Of a DNA stretch of 36,701 bases, positions 24,510-36,550 are shown in pieces. A model generated the notes under the pieces. That model was not told the origin of the DNA, did not search any database, and saw only the letters and a list, made by a program, of their open reading frames with translations. Source of the DNA: Octopus bimaculoides (Eukaryota); the NCBI RefSeq assembly GCF_001194135.2, contig NC_068981.1:10043133-10079833 (forward strand), given 5' to 3'. A program made the position numbers and the translations under genes. How positions within the stretch are numbered: position 1 is the stretch's first letter; every line of letters begins with the position of its first letter.

Positions 24510-24745
24510 TTGGAAGAATCTTTAGAGAGTCGGAAAAAATATCCTGTGGTATTTCTTCCGGCTCTTTACGTTTTGAGCTCTTATCTCGCCAAGGTCAACT
24601 TTGCCTTTCATCTTTTCATTGTCGATAAATTAAAGTACCAATCAAATGTTTTTATCGATGTTATAGATGAATACCTTCTACTCAGATTTGCTATTCTTGT
24701 GCCTAAATCAGGAACAATTCTTGCTAAAACAACTATAAATAATCT
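24510..24745 (+). mobile_element. Degenerate family 2 SINE
   Basis: ctttacgttttgagctc..caaggtcaactttgcctttcatcttttcattgtcgataaattaaagtacc matches the reverse complement of 12446-12662. Confidence 0.7.
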
Positions 24746-25912
24746 GTTTGCCGAAATAACAGATTAAATATCTAAATCTAATTCATTGTTTTAATATACT
24801 TGAAAGAAAGCGAGCCGTTAAAATATATTAAGCAATATATCTGTGTATTCGAATTATTTGCTTTACATAAAATAAACACATTTTCTTTAGTAATTCGTTA
24901 TATTGAGTAACTGTGGGAGACTGTATTAAAAATAGAACATCAGTATATAATTTTAAGGCTGAAAATGTTTCATTGAGATATAGATCCAGGTTCGTCTGGA
25001 AAAAATATTCATAAAATTCTAATCATACAGCTAAAAGACAGATTCAAACTTAATAATTAAAATAGAAATTTGTCTACCACATCATCTTGTTCTCAGCATT
25101 GTATCGTAAGGCATTGTATCTTGGGTAATACATGTAACGCATTATCATTTCTGCTTGTCTGCATCTTGACCTTTTAATGTACGGCGACAGATAGATAGAT
25201 AGAAAGATAGATAGACTGACAGATTTATCTACATTTATCTACAGTTATCATTTCACCATCTCTAAATCTTCTAAATTCTTATACATTCATATGTGTGTGT
25301 GTGTATGTATGTGTGTATATATGTATATATATATATATATATNNNNNNNNNNNNNNNNNNNNNNNNNNNNNNNNNNNNNNNNNNNNNNNNNNNNNNNNNN
25401 NNNNNNNNNNNNNNNNNNNNNNNNNNNNNNNNNNNNNNNNNNNNNNNNNNNNNNNNNNNNNNNNNNNNNNNNNNNNNNNNNNNNNNNNNNNNNNNNNNNN
25501 NNNNNNNNNNNNNNNNNNNNNNNNNNNNNNNNNNNNNNNNNNNNNNNNNNNNNNNNNNNNNNNNNNNNNNNNNNNNNNNNNNNNNNNNNNNNNNNNNNNN
25601 NNNNNNNNNNNNNNNNNNNNNNNNNNNNNNNNNNNNNNNNNNNNNNNNNNNNNNNNNNNNNNNNNNNNNNNNNNNNNNNNNNNNNNNNNNNNNNNNNNNN
25701 NNNNNNNNNNNNNNNNNNNNNNNNNNNNNNNNNNNNNNNNNNNNNNNNNNNNNNNNNNNNNNNNNNNNNNNNNNNNNNNNNNNNNNNNNNNNNNNNNNNN
25801 NNNNNNNNNNNNNNNNNNNNNNNNNNNNNNNNNNNNNNNNNNNNNNNNNNNNNNNNNNNNNNNNNNNNNNNNNNNNNNNNNNNNNNNNNNNNNNNNNNNN
25901 NNNNNNNNNNNN

Positions 25913-25944
<32 letters not shown>

Positions 25945-26610
25945 TTGCATGCATGTATGTATAGTTCGGGGTTGGATATTTACAGCGTCGTTTCTGAGTT
26001 TTTAGTTCGTCGAAGGCGTCAATCCATCAATCTAATATATCCAACGACAAAATCATTCATCAGCTTCGAACAATAATTAAGTATTATATCGCTACGTATT
26101 TTTTTCTATATTTGTGTATCTAAATGTGTGGGTGCGTGTTGATGCATACACACATACGAATATATATACAAGGACACCACATTTATGTTTTATTAACATC
26201 TAGGCTTCCGACAAAGTTAATATTCTGTTTCGTCCGATAGCTCGCCAGGGACAGGATGGGAAGCTTTGATAACAGCTATTTATATACAAGACCTAGAAAG
26301 AAAATCAGACACGCATATAACAAGAACATAACTAACTGTGATAACAACACGTATTTAGTCCTTGGCGAGCTCTCGGGGCAAGCGATATTTGTAGCCTGTT
26401 AGACAGTTATTATTGATAAAAATATATAGTCACTCACACTTCACACTTTGTATTCCTTATAAATGCGGCCTGAATATGTATCGGCTGATAACTCCCAAAT
26501 GTAAAATTCTTCCGTCTTTTCCTTTCTCTTTTTTTTTTTTTTCGTCCAGTGATCTCAACTCGGAATAAAGCTTTGTCCGAAACTTCGGAAATTTCACGCC
26601 CCACTCTGCC

Positions 26611-26690
26611 ACTTGTGAGTGGATTTGGTGGACGGGAACTGAAATNNNNNNNNNNTGAAATGAAACCCACCGTATATATATAAACTGGCA
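26611..26690 (+). mobile_element. Internal fragment of a family 1 SINE
   Basis: cttgtgagtggatttggtggacgggaactgaaa..gaaacccaccgtatatata matches 3271-3320. Confidence 0.7.
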
Positions 26691-26713
26691 ATATGACCAT
26701 CCCCAAGTACAAT

Positions 26714-26748
<35 letters not shown>

Positions 26749-27452
26749 TACAAGATTATATAGTCTACATACTATATTCACCATGCAGTGTATATCTGGA
26801 ATATAATTAGTGTACAATGTACTGAGTTTTCTCTTATATCTTGTGATAAGAATTACAGTATGCGTGTGAGTGTGTGTTTACGGGCGTGCATATACATGCA
26901 TGTATATATATACATGCATGCATATGTAAAACAGAATGTTTATGGGCGCTGTGTTGTGTTTGTTTCATATCGCTCTCTTTTACAAGAAAAATCTTGAAAC
27001 GAATTTCAAGTGAGAATGCCTAATGCATCTTGAGATGAAACGGCAGCTCTACAATCTAAATCCTTTGCGGGTTAATATATACAAGAAAATTGTTATGTCA
27101 TAGATCAACATCAGCTGCCAAGATTTTAGAAAAAAATATCTTGTAATGTTGTTTGTAAATAAGAGTATATTGATATAAAAATAAAAAAATATCACTGCAC
27201 AAATCATATCTGAAAATTAGTTTCAAGATAAATATCTTTCAAATATATTGGCTTTCAAGTTTAACTTATGCCTTGAATTTCATTAATAAATTTCCGTGGC
27301 TCGTGAAAATATACTAACGATAAAATATCTTGGCTATGTATTAATTTCAGCGGCTATTTCCTCCTTAGCTATAATATATATATATATATAAATATCATTT
27401 TTTCATTTTATTTTATATATTTTATATATATATATTATATATNNNNNNNNNN

Positions 27453-27867
27453 GGAGGAATTTCAACCATGTTTCGTGGTCTGCTACCACAACAGCTTCTT
27501 TATAGGATCCAGTTAGCTCAAGACATCATCAGGAGGAACCCCGTCCAGTTTCGGCCCCTACTCCTCTGCCGTTTTGACGTGGCGGGAGGTGTCTTCAGCT
27601 CTGGTGTTGAGTGCATGTCTTCTTTCTTTTGTTCCCTGGCCTCTTCGATGCAGAGTCAACGAGTGTCAACAGCCGACTGACTGTCTTGTCAAATTTCCCT
27701 TTAAATACCTGTTGCTAGGCTTCAGAAGACAGCCCCAGCAAGTTGTCACGTGACACTGTCTAAACTTTCCAATGGAGAGCGTGTAAGTCTTACCCGCTGC
27801 TAGGCTCCAGCAGGCATCTCCAGCAATTTGTCTCGTGACACTGTCTAAACTTTAACTGACAATGGAG
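27453..27867 (-). mobile_element. GC-richer element with a 60-bp direct repeat and an HHR-like motif, possibly Penelope-like
   Basis: Direct repeats at 27709-27768 and 27794-27853. The minus strand carries CTGATGA-T-GTCT...AGAC-CAC-GAAAC-ATG-GTT at 27532-27463. Class is inferred. Confidence 0.4.
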
Positions 27868-27869
27868 TT

Positions 27870-28140
27870 ATATATTTTTGATATATATATATAATATATA
27901 TATATATATATTTATGATATATGATATATATATATAATATATATATATATATGATATATATATAATATATATATATATAATATATATATTTATGATATAT
28001 ATATAATATGTATATTTATGATATATATATAATATATATATTTATGATATATATATAATATATACATATATACATTTATGATGTGTATATAATATATATA
28101 TATGTGATATTATTATAACTATTATTATTATTATTATTAT
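27870..28140. repeat. AT-rich minisatellite (about 25-bp unit TTTATGATATATATATAATATATATA) ending in (ATT)n
   Basis: The ttatgatatatatataatat unit recurs several times. Confidence 0.8.
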
Positions 28141-28149
28141 ACAATTAAT

Positions 28150-28600
28150 AAACACCAGTGAAAAGTGGAACATTATATTCCGTGCTTTTCTCCACAAGAA
28201 AGCTGACATAAAAAATCTGGCGTCTGTTGTTCACCTCTGTACGCAATCCGTTCTACATTTGCGCGAGTCGTCCTTCGGCGGTCCATTCATTTGTATTGAA
28301 CAGACTTTTCGGCAAGATGTTACTGCTGTAGCGAATAAGGGCTATGGTAGGGTACTGGGAAAACAATAATGTCTTGGCTGCTTTTATGCGGTCTCCGGGT
28401 CATTCTGTCGTCTCGCAATTCCTGTTCCACAACTAGGTGAGGACCTTCGACATTTCGCATTTGTTTTCTGTAACTTCGCAGGAAGGTTATCTGCATATAC
28501 TGCTTTGTTGCCAGGTAACCGCGCAGAATTGCTTTTATTTCACCTTCCAGAATTTCTGGTCTTCATTGTGATATGTCACTATCACCGTTACTATCACTTT
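28150..28600 (-). mobile_element. RTE-clade LINE fragment (linker and start of RT), frameshifted
   Basis: Minus-strand motifs RPEILEGEIKAILR, PGNKAVYADNLPAKL, YPTIALIRYSSNILPK and GRLAQM*NGLRTEVNNRRQIFYVSFLVEKSTEYNVPL match RTE 'P.ILE.EV..A..NKA.G.D..PAEL / YRTIALISHASKIL / EQAGFR..RSTRDQIF..R.L.EK..EYN.PL'. Confidence 0.78.
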
Positions 28601-29729
28601 CTGAGGCAACAACGTCTTAGACCTCTTTCTCTTTCTATTGTACGTCTACCTCTAAAAGGTGGTGGCATTTTAAGGGGTCATAGGTACGTCTTATGAAGAG
28701 TATACACCCAATTAGACTGTTCCTTATTGAGCTGACACCAGATGATGAAAGACAAAAGCCAAGTCAAGTATAGCCCATTTTAGTTTAGTTAAGGCGATAA
28801 TTTAGTCTACATTATTTCTATTGTCACTATTTATCCGTTCAATTAATTTTACTAGTTAGATAACAAAAACAAAACGTATATCATTTTGCATAAAAATGTA
28901 TAGTTTCGCTAAATTCTATAAAATCTGGAATTGGAAATTCTCGTGGATGTCTGATAAGGTAGTATAGTGTTATGTTGGTCACCTGTCTCGTAAATCATGA
29001 ATGCCTTCGGCTTTTACTCGTTATGCAATGTTTTATAGTAAGGACAATTTCATTAACTACATTTTCCAATTCAACTAACTCAAAGAGAGACAACGGAATC
29101 TACATTGAATTGATTTGTTGACATTTCATCCGAAGGATATCATTGATTTTATTTATGTGAAGAGCTGTATGATGATTAGACTTTAGTTCAAATCTGCATT
29201 CAGACAACTTTTTTTTTTGCGTATTCATTTCTTTCGTCGTGGTTTCTCCTGCAAAATCATCGTTCTATTCTATTCCCGAGTAAGTTGATTCAACCATCGA
29301 ACAGTAGAGCACTTGTTAGCCACAAATAGTTTGACATTCAAAGTTTTATTCTCTTTTTTGTCTGCTTTGTTGCTAAATAAGTTGAATAGATTTCTTCTTG
29401 CCTATCGTAAGATACACTATACAGTAATGCGAACCTTTGACTTTAATCCTCAAAAAAAGAAATGTATCCATTTCACCATTATAATTCTTTGTGATGGTGT
29501 ATCTGGATCATTGCCTCTACATTTAAATTCCACACGTAGAAAATCAGGAGCAGCATATTGCATTTTCAATTAGATTGTAAGTTATATGGCAGATTCAGCT
29601 ACATCTAACATGTATAAGACGTTCGATAAATTTGTAAACATTAGTGTACGTGTGTTCTTTTAAAATTATGTATCTGTGTTTTGAAAGGCTACATAACACA
29701 ACATTGGGTTATTAATTAATTATATTAAA

Positions 29730-29768
<39 letters not shown>

Positions 29769-30014
29769 ACACGCGCGCGCGTTAATATAGAAAAGTGAGA
29801 ATGTGTGCTCAACACCACATTCGTAGGTAAGTATCCTCCAAAATAGAGTGTCAACAATCCCTTGTAGTAAGCTTGAAAATTGTAAAGACCTCTCCGCACA
29901 TGAGACCATTGGTAACCTTATCAACCCACAAATAAGATGCGTGTGTGTGTATATATATATATATATATATGATTGACCGCCATAACTGACCGCTTACTCC
30001 ACAAGTTTTTTTTA

Positions 30015-30162
30015 TTCTCTCTGTTTATGTTCCTTTCTATTGACGAGCGTAAGCTCGAAACGTAAAAAGAGTTTCTCACCTTCCCGAGCGTGAAACTAAT
30101 ACACTTGCTTATTGTTTATACACCTGTCTTCGTCTTTAGTTTTTCTGTAAATTTCAACTATA
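30015..30162 (+). mobile_element. About 150-bp HHR-bearing short element (same family as 32755-32915)
   Basis: The HHR motif at 30033-30069 (CTTT-CTATTGA-C-GAGC(GTAA)GCTC-GAAA-CGT-A-AAA) is followed by cttcccgagcgt..ctaatac..cacctgtcttcgtc. Confidence 0.7.
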
Positions 30163-31669
30163 TATATAATATATCAGGAATATTAAAACAATTTTAGAAC
30201 AAGTCTATTCATATATTCATATATACAATCAATAAACTTATTTGTTCTGCAGTGTGGGATATTTCTTGTCTACTTATACATTCTGATATTCAACTCAAAT
30301 ATATATGCACGGGAAATATGTGTTTAAAGAGCTTCTTGTAAGCGTTTGGAGTATTGTTGTATATTTCCACCATGTATATCAGGTTTGCGATTAATATTTT
30401 CATATGTTCACAACATTTATACTAAATCTTTGGTGAGCGCTCAAGGCTCAATGAACTTAATTTCGATTCTCATATTAAAGTATTTCAGTACATTGACATT
30501 CCTAGTAATGAAAGTAAAAATTAGAAGTAAAGTTTTGATAATACCAGTATGTCTTTGAGTTCAATTCAGCGTTTGCTTAAACTTTTCATGATGAAACAAT
30601 ACTGTCAAAATACGAAACATTGAAAGGATATTTAGATAAGAACCTTTTGAAGTAAATTCAAATAAATGCGTTTCGTATGTGGAACATAATAGATAAGTAG
30701 GAGGGAGATAGTATAAGGTTGCTGTTAAATAAGATATTACTCTAACATAGTAGTTTGTCGAAAATATCATTTATTCCTATGTATTGTACAATATACTGGA
30801 ATAATGGATCCTGTATTTTTACAGATTAATGAATTGACTCTATGAGAATTAAGTATACGTACAGGATACAAATTTCATATATATGATCCAGATTATATGC
30901 TTTCAGCCTGTTACTGGTATGATCTTTTATATATAGTTGAGATATAAGGGAGATAATCACATAGCGAACGGAATCACTGGTGTTTAATTACGCTGAAAAT
31001 ATTAACAAGAAAGACATGAGCAAATTGCTTCGTTCCCATACTGTTTTTTTGTTTTGTTTTTTTTGGTTTCTTTTTCGTTTACTTCGTGCCTGGTTTTAAG
31101 ATAATAATTAGTTTTAAATAGTAAAGAGATTTCTGTGTGTTGTTTCAAAATATTTCAATATCCTTCATAATGAATATAAGTTCATATAATTGCTTCAGAA
31201 ACTTGCAAAATGCACAGAAACGTTATGTTGGACAAAATATATATATTTTATAAGATGTATTTACATAATCGACTGGTTTCGCTTGACTAAGAAATTATTG
31301 ATAATGTTAGAATTTCATGCTCTCAAATAAAGATTTCATTCAATGTCAGTAGGAGGAGGGATATTCTGTAAATGAATCAGGAGGCAAATGTATGTCATAT
31401 ATTCATAAAATTTCCAATAAATCTTATAGGATCGATGGCGAATTCTGATAGCTGGGTTAACAGATTTTATAACAATTTAGAATGTTTATTGTCGGATTTG
31501 GACACTGTTTTGTAGCGATAATATGTTTTACCGTCATATTAGTCACCGGAATTTCAATCCAGTGACAAATATTTATTCTTTCCTGTGAGAGACGACTCAC
31601 ACTTGGCAATTCCCAGGCAAATTGGTAATTACCAACAAATCACACAATCTGCAAGTTTGCTGTGCGTAT

Positions 31670-31940
31670 GTCAATGTGTCTGTTCGTGTTTTTGCTTGTG
31701 TATATGTTTGTACGTGACTGGGTTCGTGTGTATGCGTGCATGTTGTCATGTATGTACATATGTTTATGTGTGTGACTTATATATGAGTATATGTGTTTGT
31801 ATGTTTATGTGAGCGTGTTCGCGTGAATATGTGTAAAAATGTGTTTGTGCTTGCTTATGTATTCGTACGTATATGCGTGTATTCACGTAGATATCTGTGC
31901 GTGTATGTGTATGCTAGTGTGCATACAAATATATACATAC

Positions 31941-31983
<43 letters not shown>

Positions 31984-32030
31984 TGTTTGTGTGTTTCTGC
32001 ATATATGCTGATATGTGTATATGTGCGTGT
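31670..32030. repeat. Degenerate TG/TA-rich simple-repeat field
   Basis: Directly visible. Confidence 0.85.
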
Positions 32031-32197
32031 TCTTAATTGGCTTGTTGCTATGCCAGTGGAAAGGAATAAGATTTCTCCTTTGCCCAGCAGCAGCAGCAGA
32101 CAACACGTGGTTACTGACAGCAGGACGCTAACGGCTACTGGGACTTGATTCTAAGCAAGCACAATCAAGCAACAACACAAATAATAAAGTAATACAG

Positions 32198-32456
32198 GCG
32201 ATCGTAAGTTCGATTCCCTGTGGTGTGTTGTGTCCGTCAGCAAGACACTTTATTTCACGTTGCTCTGGTCATCTCAGCTGGCAAAAATGAGTTGTACTTG
32301 TATTTCAAAGGGCCATTCTGTATGTCAAGCTGAATATCCTTGAGAACTACGTTAAGGGTATGCATATCTGTGATGTGAGTGTTCAGATACTTGTAAGTTA
32401 ACTTTAGGGTGTCGGATCAACTGAAACCCTCGTCGCCGTAACCGACGGAGTGCTAG
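32198..32456 (+). mobile_element. tRNA-derived SINE related to family 3, 5'-eroded
   Basis: B-box-like agttcgattccc, then gtgtccgtcagcaagacactttatttcacgttgctc..ctcagctgg, ending in accctcgtcgccgtaaccgacggagtgc. Confidence 0.75.
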
Positions 32457-32754
32457 TTAAATGCGCATGTTTACTGCACACGTACACACACAAACACATA
32501 CACACACACATGCATATACATATATTACATATATACACACTACACTCACATATATATACACACTACACTACCCGTACACACACAACATATATACGTACAC
32601 ACATATCCCCACCCTCTCAATCCCATATCCTAATTCTGCTACTAACCTGTGAGATCCACTCCCACACACAAGCACTCATATGAACATAAACAGGCACACT
32701 CACACATTTTACTACCATCCCATGCAATACACTCTAATAAACAAATAGTAGGGT

Positions 32755-32915
32755 TTCTCTCCTTGTTTCTTTCTGTGTTCCTTTCTGTGGAAGAGCGCAG
32801 GCTCGAAACGTTAAAGACTTTTTCACTTCCCGAGCGTTATACTAATACATTTGTTTGTTTTCTACACTACCTGTCTTCGTCTTTTGTCTTTTTTTGTGAA
32901 TTCTTCCCTAATAAA
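32755..32915 (+). mobile_element. About 160-bp HHR-bearing short element
   Basis: The HHR at 32781-32816 (CTTT-CTGTGGA-A-GAGC(GCAG)GCTC-GAAA-CGT-T-AAAG) is followed by cttcccgagcgttatactaatac..cctgtcttcgtc. Confidence 0.75.
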
Positions 32916-33196
32916 CAAATATTCTACTCGAAACCCACACCTGCACACACACACACACACACACACGCACACGAACAAAAACATATATGCACATATACAT
33001 TCCACACTCATACACAAACACTCACACCACGCATAAGTATCCCCCAACACACACACATACACTTTCAAACACATAACGGCCATTTTTGCACTCACCTGAC
33101 TTCAAAGCCACCTTTGTTTCTCCAGCTTCTGTTCAGTTACTTTTTGCTTATTTTGTCCTTTCACCTCACTCCCACCCTTCTCAAGATTTTCATCCG

Positions 33197-33232
33197 CACT
33201 CCGACGAAGATCCATGCTCGAAACGTCATTTC
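33197..33232 (+). ncRNA. Decayed minimal hammerhead motif
   Basis: CACT-CCGACGA-A-GATC(CAT)GCTC-GAAA-CGT-C-ATTT. U4 reads C, stem II has one mismatch and stem I is weak. Confidence 0.45.
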
Positions 33233-33814
33233 TATTTCTATTTTTCATCTAAAACTTTCACTGAGGAACAATCTAATATGTTCAATGTACGTTCAATTGA
33301 CTTTCGGTGTTATTTCCTGTTTATATATATATATATATATATATATATNNNNNNNNNNNNNNNNNNNNNNNNNNNNNNNNNNNNNNNNNNNNNNNNNNNN
33401 NNNNNNNNNNNNNNNNNNNNNNNNNNNNNNNNNNNNNNNNNNNNNNNNNNNNNNNNNNNNNNNNNNNNNNNNNNNNNNNNNNNNNNNNNNNNNNNNNNNN
33501 NNNNNNNNNNNNNNNNNNNNNNNNNNNNNNNNNNNNNNNNNNNNNNNNNNNNNNNNNNNNNNNNNNNNNNNNNNNNNNNNNNNNNNNNNNNNNNNNNNNN
33601 NNNNNNNNNNNNNNNNNNNNNNNNNNNNNNNNNNNNNNNNNNNNNNNNNNNNNNNNNNNNNNNNNNNNNNNNNNNNNNNNNNNNNNNNNNNNNNNNNNNN
33701 NNNNNNNNNNNNNNNNNNNNNNNNNNNNNNNNNNNNNNNNNNNNNNNNNNNNNNNNNNNNNNNNNNNNNNNNNNNNNNNNNNNNNNNNNNNNNNNNNNNN
33801 NNNNNNNNNNNNNN

Positions 33815-33866
<52 letters not shown>

Positions 33867-35234
33867 ATATATGTGTGTATGTATGGTTGTATAGTCATGT
33901 ACATATTTTCGTAGTGAAAGAAATATTGCATAACTCCTAGTTTTCCTACATGAATTGATTTTTCCCCATCTGTATTAAGAACAATGAAATCTTCAAAGCA
34001 ATGAGTATCCATATCATTACACAAAGAGATATATCTGTAAAGCGCAATATATCGCAGTGAATTCAATAATAACATCATTAACTCTCCATCTATCACCCTC
34101 TCTGTCTCTCTCCCTATAAATATTTGATTTCATTTATTGTTGCTGTATATTAAATTTGAAGCGCTTATAACAATTTAAGGTTTACTTACACTATAATGTA
34201 TCAACAATTAATTTGTATCATTCTATATGATGTTACAGCAGTGGAAAAATAGTTAGTATTTCTACCAAATATAGCACAGACGGTAGCTAACAAGAAGGCG
34301 TAAGCTGTAAACGTAGTATTAGACATGTAACAACTCCAAAACCAGAAGGAGACAATGAACAATGTAATCATTGCTATACAAAATAACGGTATAGCCATGA
34401 TTAGAGCGCTACTAATTATATGTGTTCTTGATAAAAGCTAACGTGGGACGCCGCATCAACAATAAGTGGATGTAATGTTATTGTCTGTTGAAGTTTATAG
34501 GGGAGTAAATACTGCGATTTTCTGGCACTCTCTCTTTTTTATACACAAACACACACACGTACGCGTATGTGGACAATGAGGGGAAAAGAGCCTTGGACAC
34601 TGCTTTTCTCTCCATTTGATCCTGCGTATGTACATTTTCCTTGCCTTCCAACTATTTTCTGTAAATAATTATCAGTAAAAAATATATATATTGTTGTATT
34701 TGGGGGCCGTCATGTTGCCAGTTTAATCAATGAAAACACACGCACTATATATTTGGTGTTCATTTGCTTCAGCTTTATTTTATGTTAATTGTATTTCGGC
34801 CAGAGTTCTTTCGTCACACTTCTTTGACCTCACCAGTAGGCCTTTGCTTTCTTCCTTCTTTTTTGTCTCTCTCCTTACTAACTTTCTGCCATTTTGTATT
34901 CCTGTTGGATGTGACACAATCTTGCAAAACGAATATATAAACGTAAAAAATAATAATGTTTTCTGCAAATATTGTTTTCTTTCAAGAGGCACGTAGAATG
35001 TCGTTTATCACTCAAAGCCTTTGTTCGATCCTAATTAGGATATCGTTATTCAGAAAGGTCATCAAATTAATGCCTACTTGACACCGATGAGCATTGATTT
35101 CACTGTTTTGAGATACTTTCAAGTATCAAATTAACCAGTTCCACAGGGTATTGAATATTTACAATTTCACACACACACACTCTCTATTTCTGCCTCACTC
35201 TTCCTATCTCACTCTACCCCTCTCTCTTCCCCTA

Positions 35235-35390
35235 TATATGCATGTATGCTCGTGTGTGAGGTCTCGAGGTTAGAGTGTTGGTCGATTCTGCGATCAGTCG
35301 GAGTGCTGTGTCTTTGAGTAAATTACTTTATTTCATGCTACTTAGATCTACTCAGCGGAAAATAAGTTCCATCCGACCGTTGGTGCAGCC
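35235..35390 (+). mobile_element. Degenerate family 3-like SINE
   Basis: gaggttagagtgttgg..gtgctgtgtctttgagtaaattactttatttcatg..ctactcagcggaaaataag. Confidence 0.5.
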
Positions 35391-35739
35391 ATCTTTCCTT
35401 CCACCTTTTACATTTTGGTTGTTGTGCTGAACCATGGATATCTACGTCGATCCACAACTATATGAACATTTGAAACATCTTGCGAAAGCATATTACTAGC
35501 AAAAAAGTCATATTCATTACTCAGTGTGTGTGTGTGTGTGTGGTGGTTGTCTACTCTATATGCAGTGTCTGACCTCCTCTTATACCTTAGATCCATCACA
35601 GCATCTGATGTGGCTTTTTAAACCAGACTATATATTGAAAAGAAACCCACATGGATTGCATATCCGATTTGGACCACCAAGAGCAGCAGTTAAACTCTGA
35701 TCTTTGTGGATCTTAAAATGTCTTATATATATATATTAG

Positions 35740-35850
35740 CGATAGAATAAGTACTAGGCTTACAAAGAACAAGTCCTGGAGTCGATTTGCTCGACTAAAG
35801 GCGGTGCTCCAGCATGGCAACAGTCAAATGACTGAAACAAGTAAAAAAAA
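35740..35850 (+). mobile_element. 3' end of a family 1 SINE
   Basis: Near-identical to 3445-3550 (agaataagtact..gtcgatttgctcgactaaaggcggtgctccagcatgg..gaaacaagtaaaa). Confidence 0.88.
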
Positions 35851-35999
35851 TATATATATAGTGGTCAACGTTATTTTTAAAAATGTACCTTAATCCCCTG
35901 AGATTGCAGATATTATTTCTGAATCTCTTTGATTCTTTAGATGTGCTGGCCTCCTGATAATTAATCGATATTAATTAATATATGATTAATTACCATATT

Positions 36000-36004
<5 letters not shown>

Positions 36005-36090
<86 letters not shown>
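36005..36090. repeat. (TA)n microsatellite of about 85 bp
   Basis: Directly visible. Confidence 0.95.
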
Positions 36091-36092
<2 letters not shown>

Positions 36093-36399
36093 ATTCGGAC
36101 CCATACAGAAACCTAGCTCGTCGAACTCAGTTCCATATGTAATTTCACACCAAAACTGACGCGTAAGAAGAGTGTTTATGCTATTACGTGAATGATAATC
36201 AAGTTGGAATCGTGTAGGCTAAAATGGTCAGAGAATACAGGAAGATAGTTATTGACAGCAGAATGAAGTGCGTTATGGTTTATTTACATCCTTAATGGTT
36301 TTCAATACCAATTACATTTTTACACATTTTTTCCCGTACAAATATGTATACACACACAAACACACACACACATACACCGATTTATAAATATATATATAC

Positions 36400-36448
<49 letters not shown>

Positions 36449-36514
36449 TGTGTGTGTGTGTATGTGTCTGTGTGTATACATATACCGATATATAGCCGAG
36501 ACTCCAGCTAAGAA

Positions 36515-36550
36515 GATCTGAAGAAGGAATTGTAATTCCGAAATATCATC
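36515..36550 (+). ncRNA. Minimal type I hammerhead ribozyme with intact core
   Basis: GAT-CTGAAGA-A-GGAAT(TGTA)ATTCC-GAAA-TAT-C-ATC. It has CUGANGA, a 5-bp stem II, GAAA, palindromic stem III AUAU, an AUC cleavage triplet and a 3-bp stem I. Confidence 0.78.

Noticed and set aside
26636-26665. tgaaat repeated on both sides of the 10-N gap
   Set aside because: Most likely an unmerged contig overlap (assembly artefact).
29790-29835. Strong donor TAG|GTAAGT
   Set aside because: No upstream acceptor or open frame. A single consensus site is expected by chance in 36 kb.
654-33940. Long ORFs in the track rich in HT/CV/YI/X runs (e.g. 654-1185, 1857-2779, 13592-14337, 23672-24280, 25271-26076, 32649-34096)
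   Set aside because: They are translations of dinucleotide repeats, SINE bodies and N-gaps, which lack stop codons for trivial reasons.
34201-34996. ORFs 34201-34398(-), 34730-34996(+) and 34780-34992(-) in unique sequence
   Set aside because: They are 65-88 aa with no recognisable domain or splice framework. The hydrophobic or Lys-rich composition follows from T/A-rich sequence.
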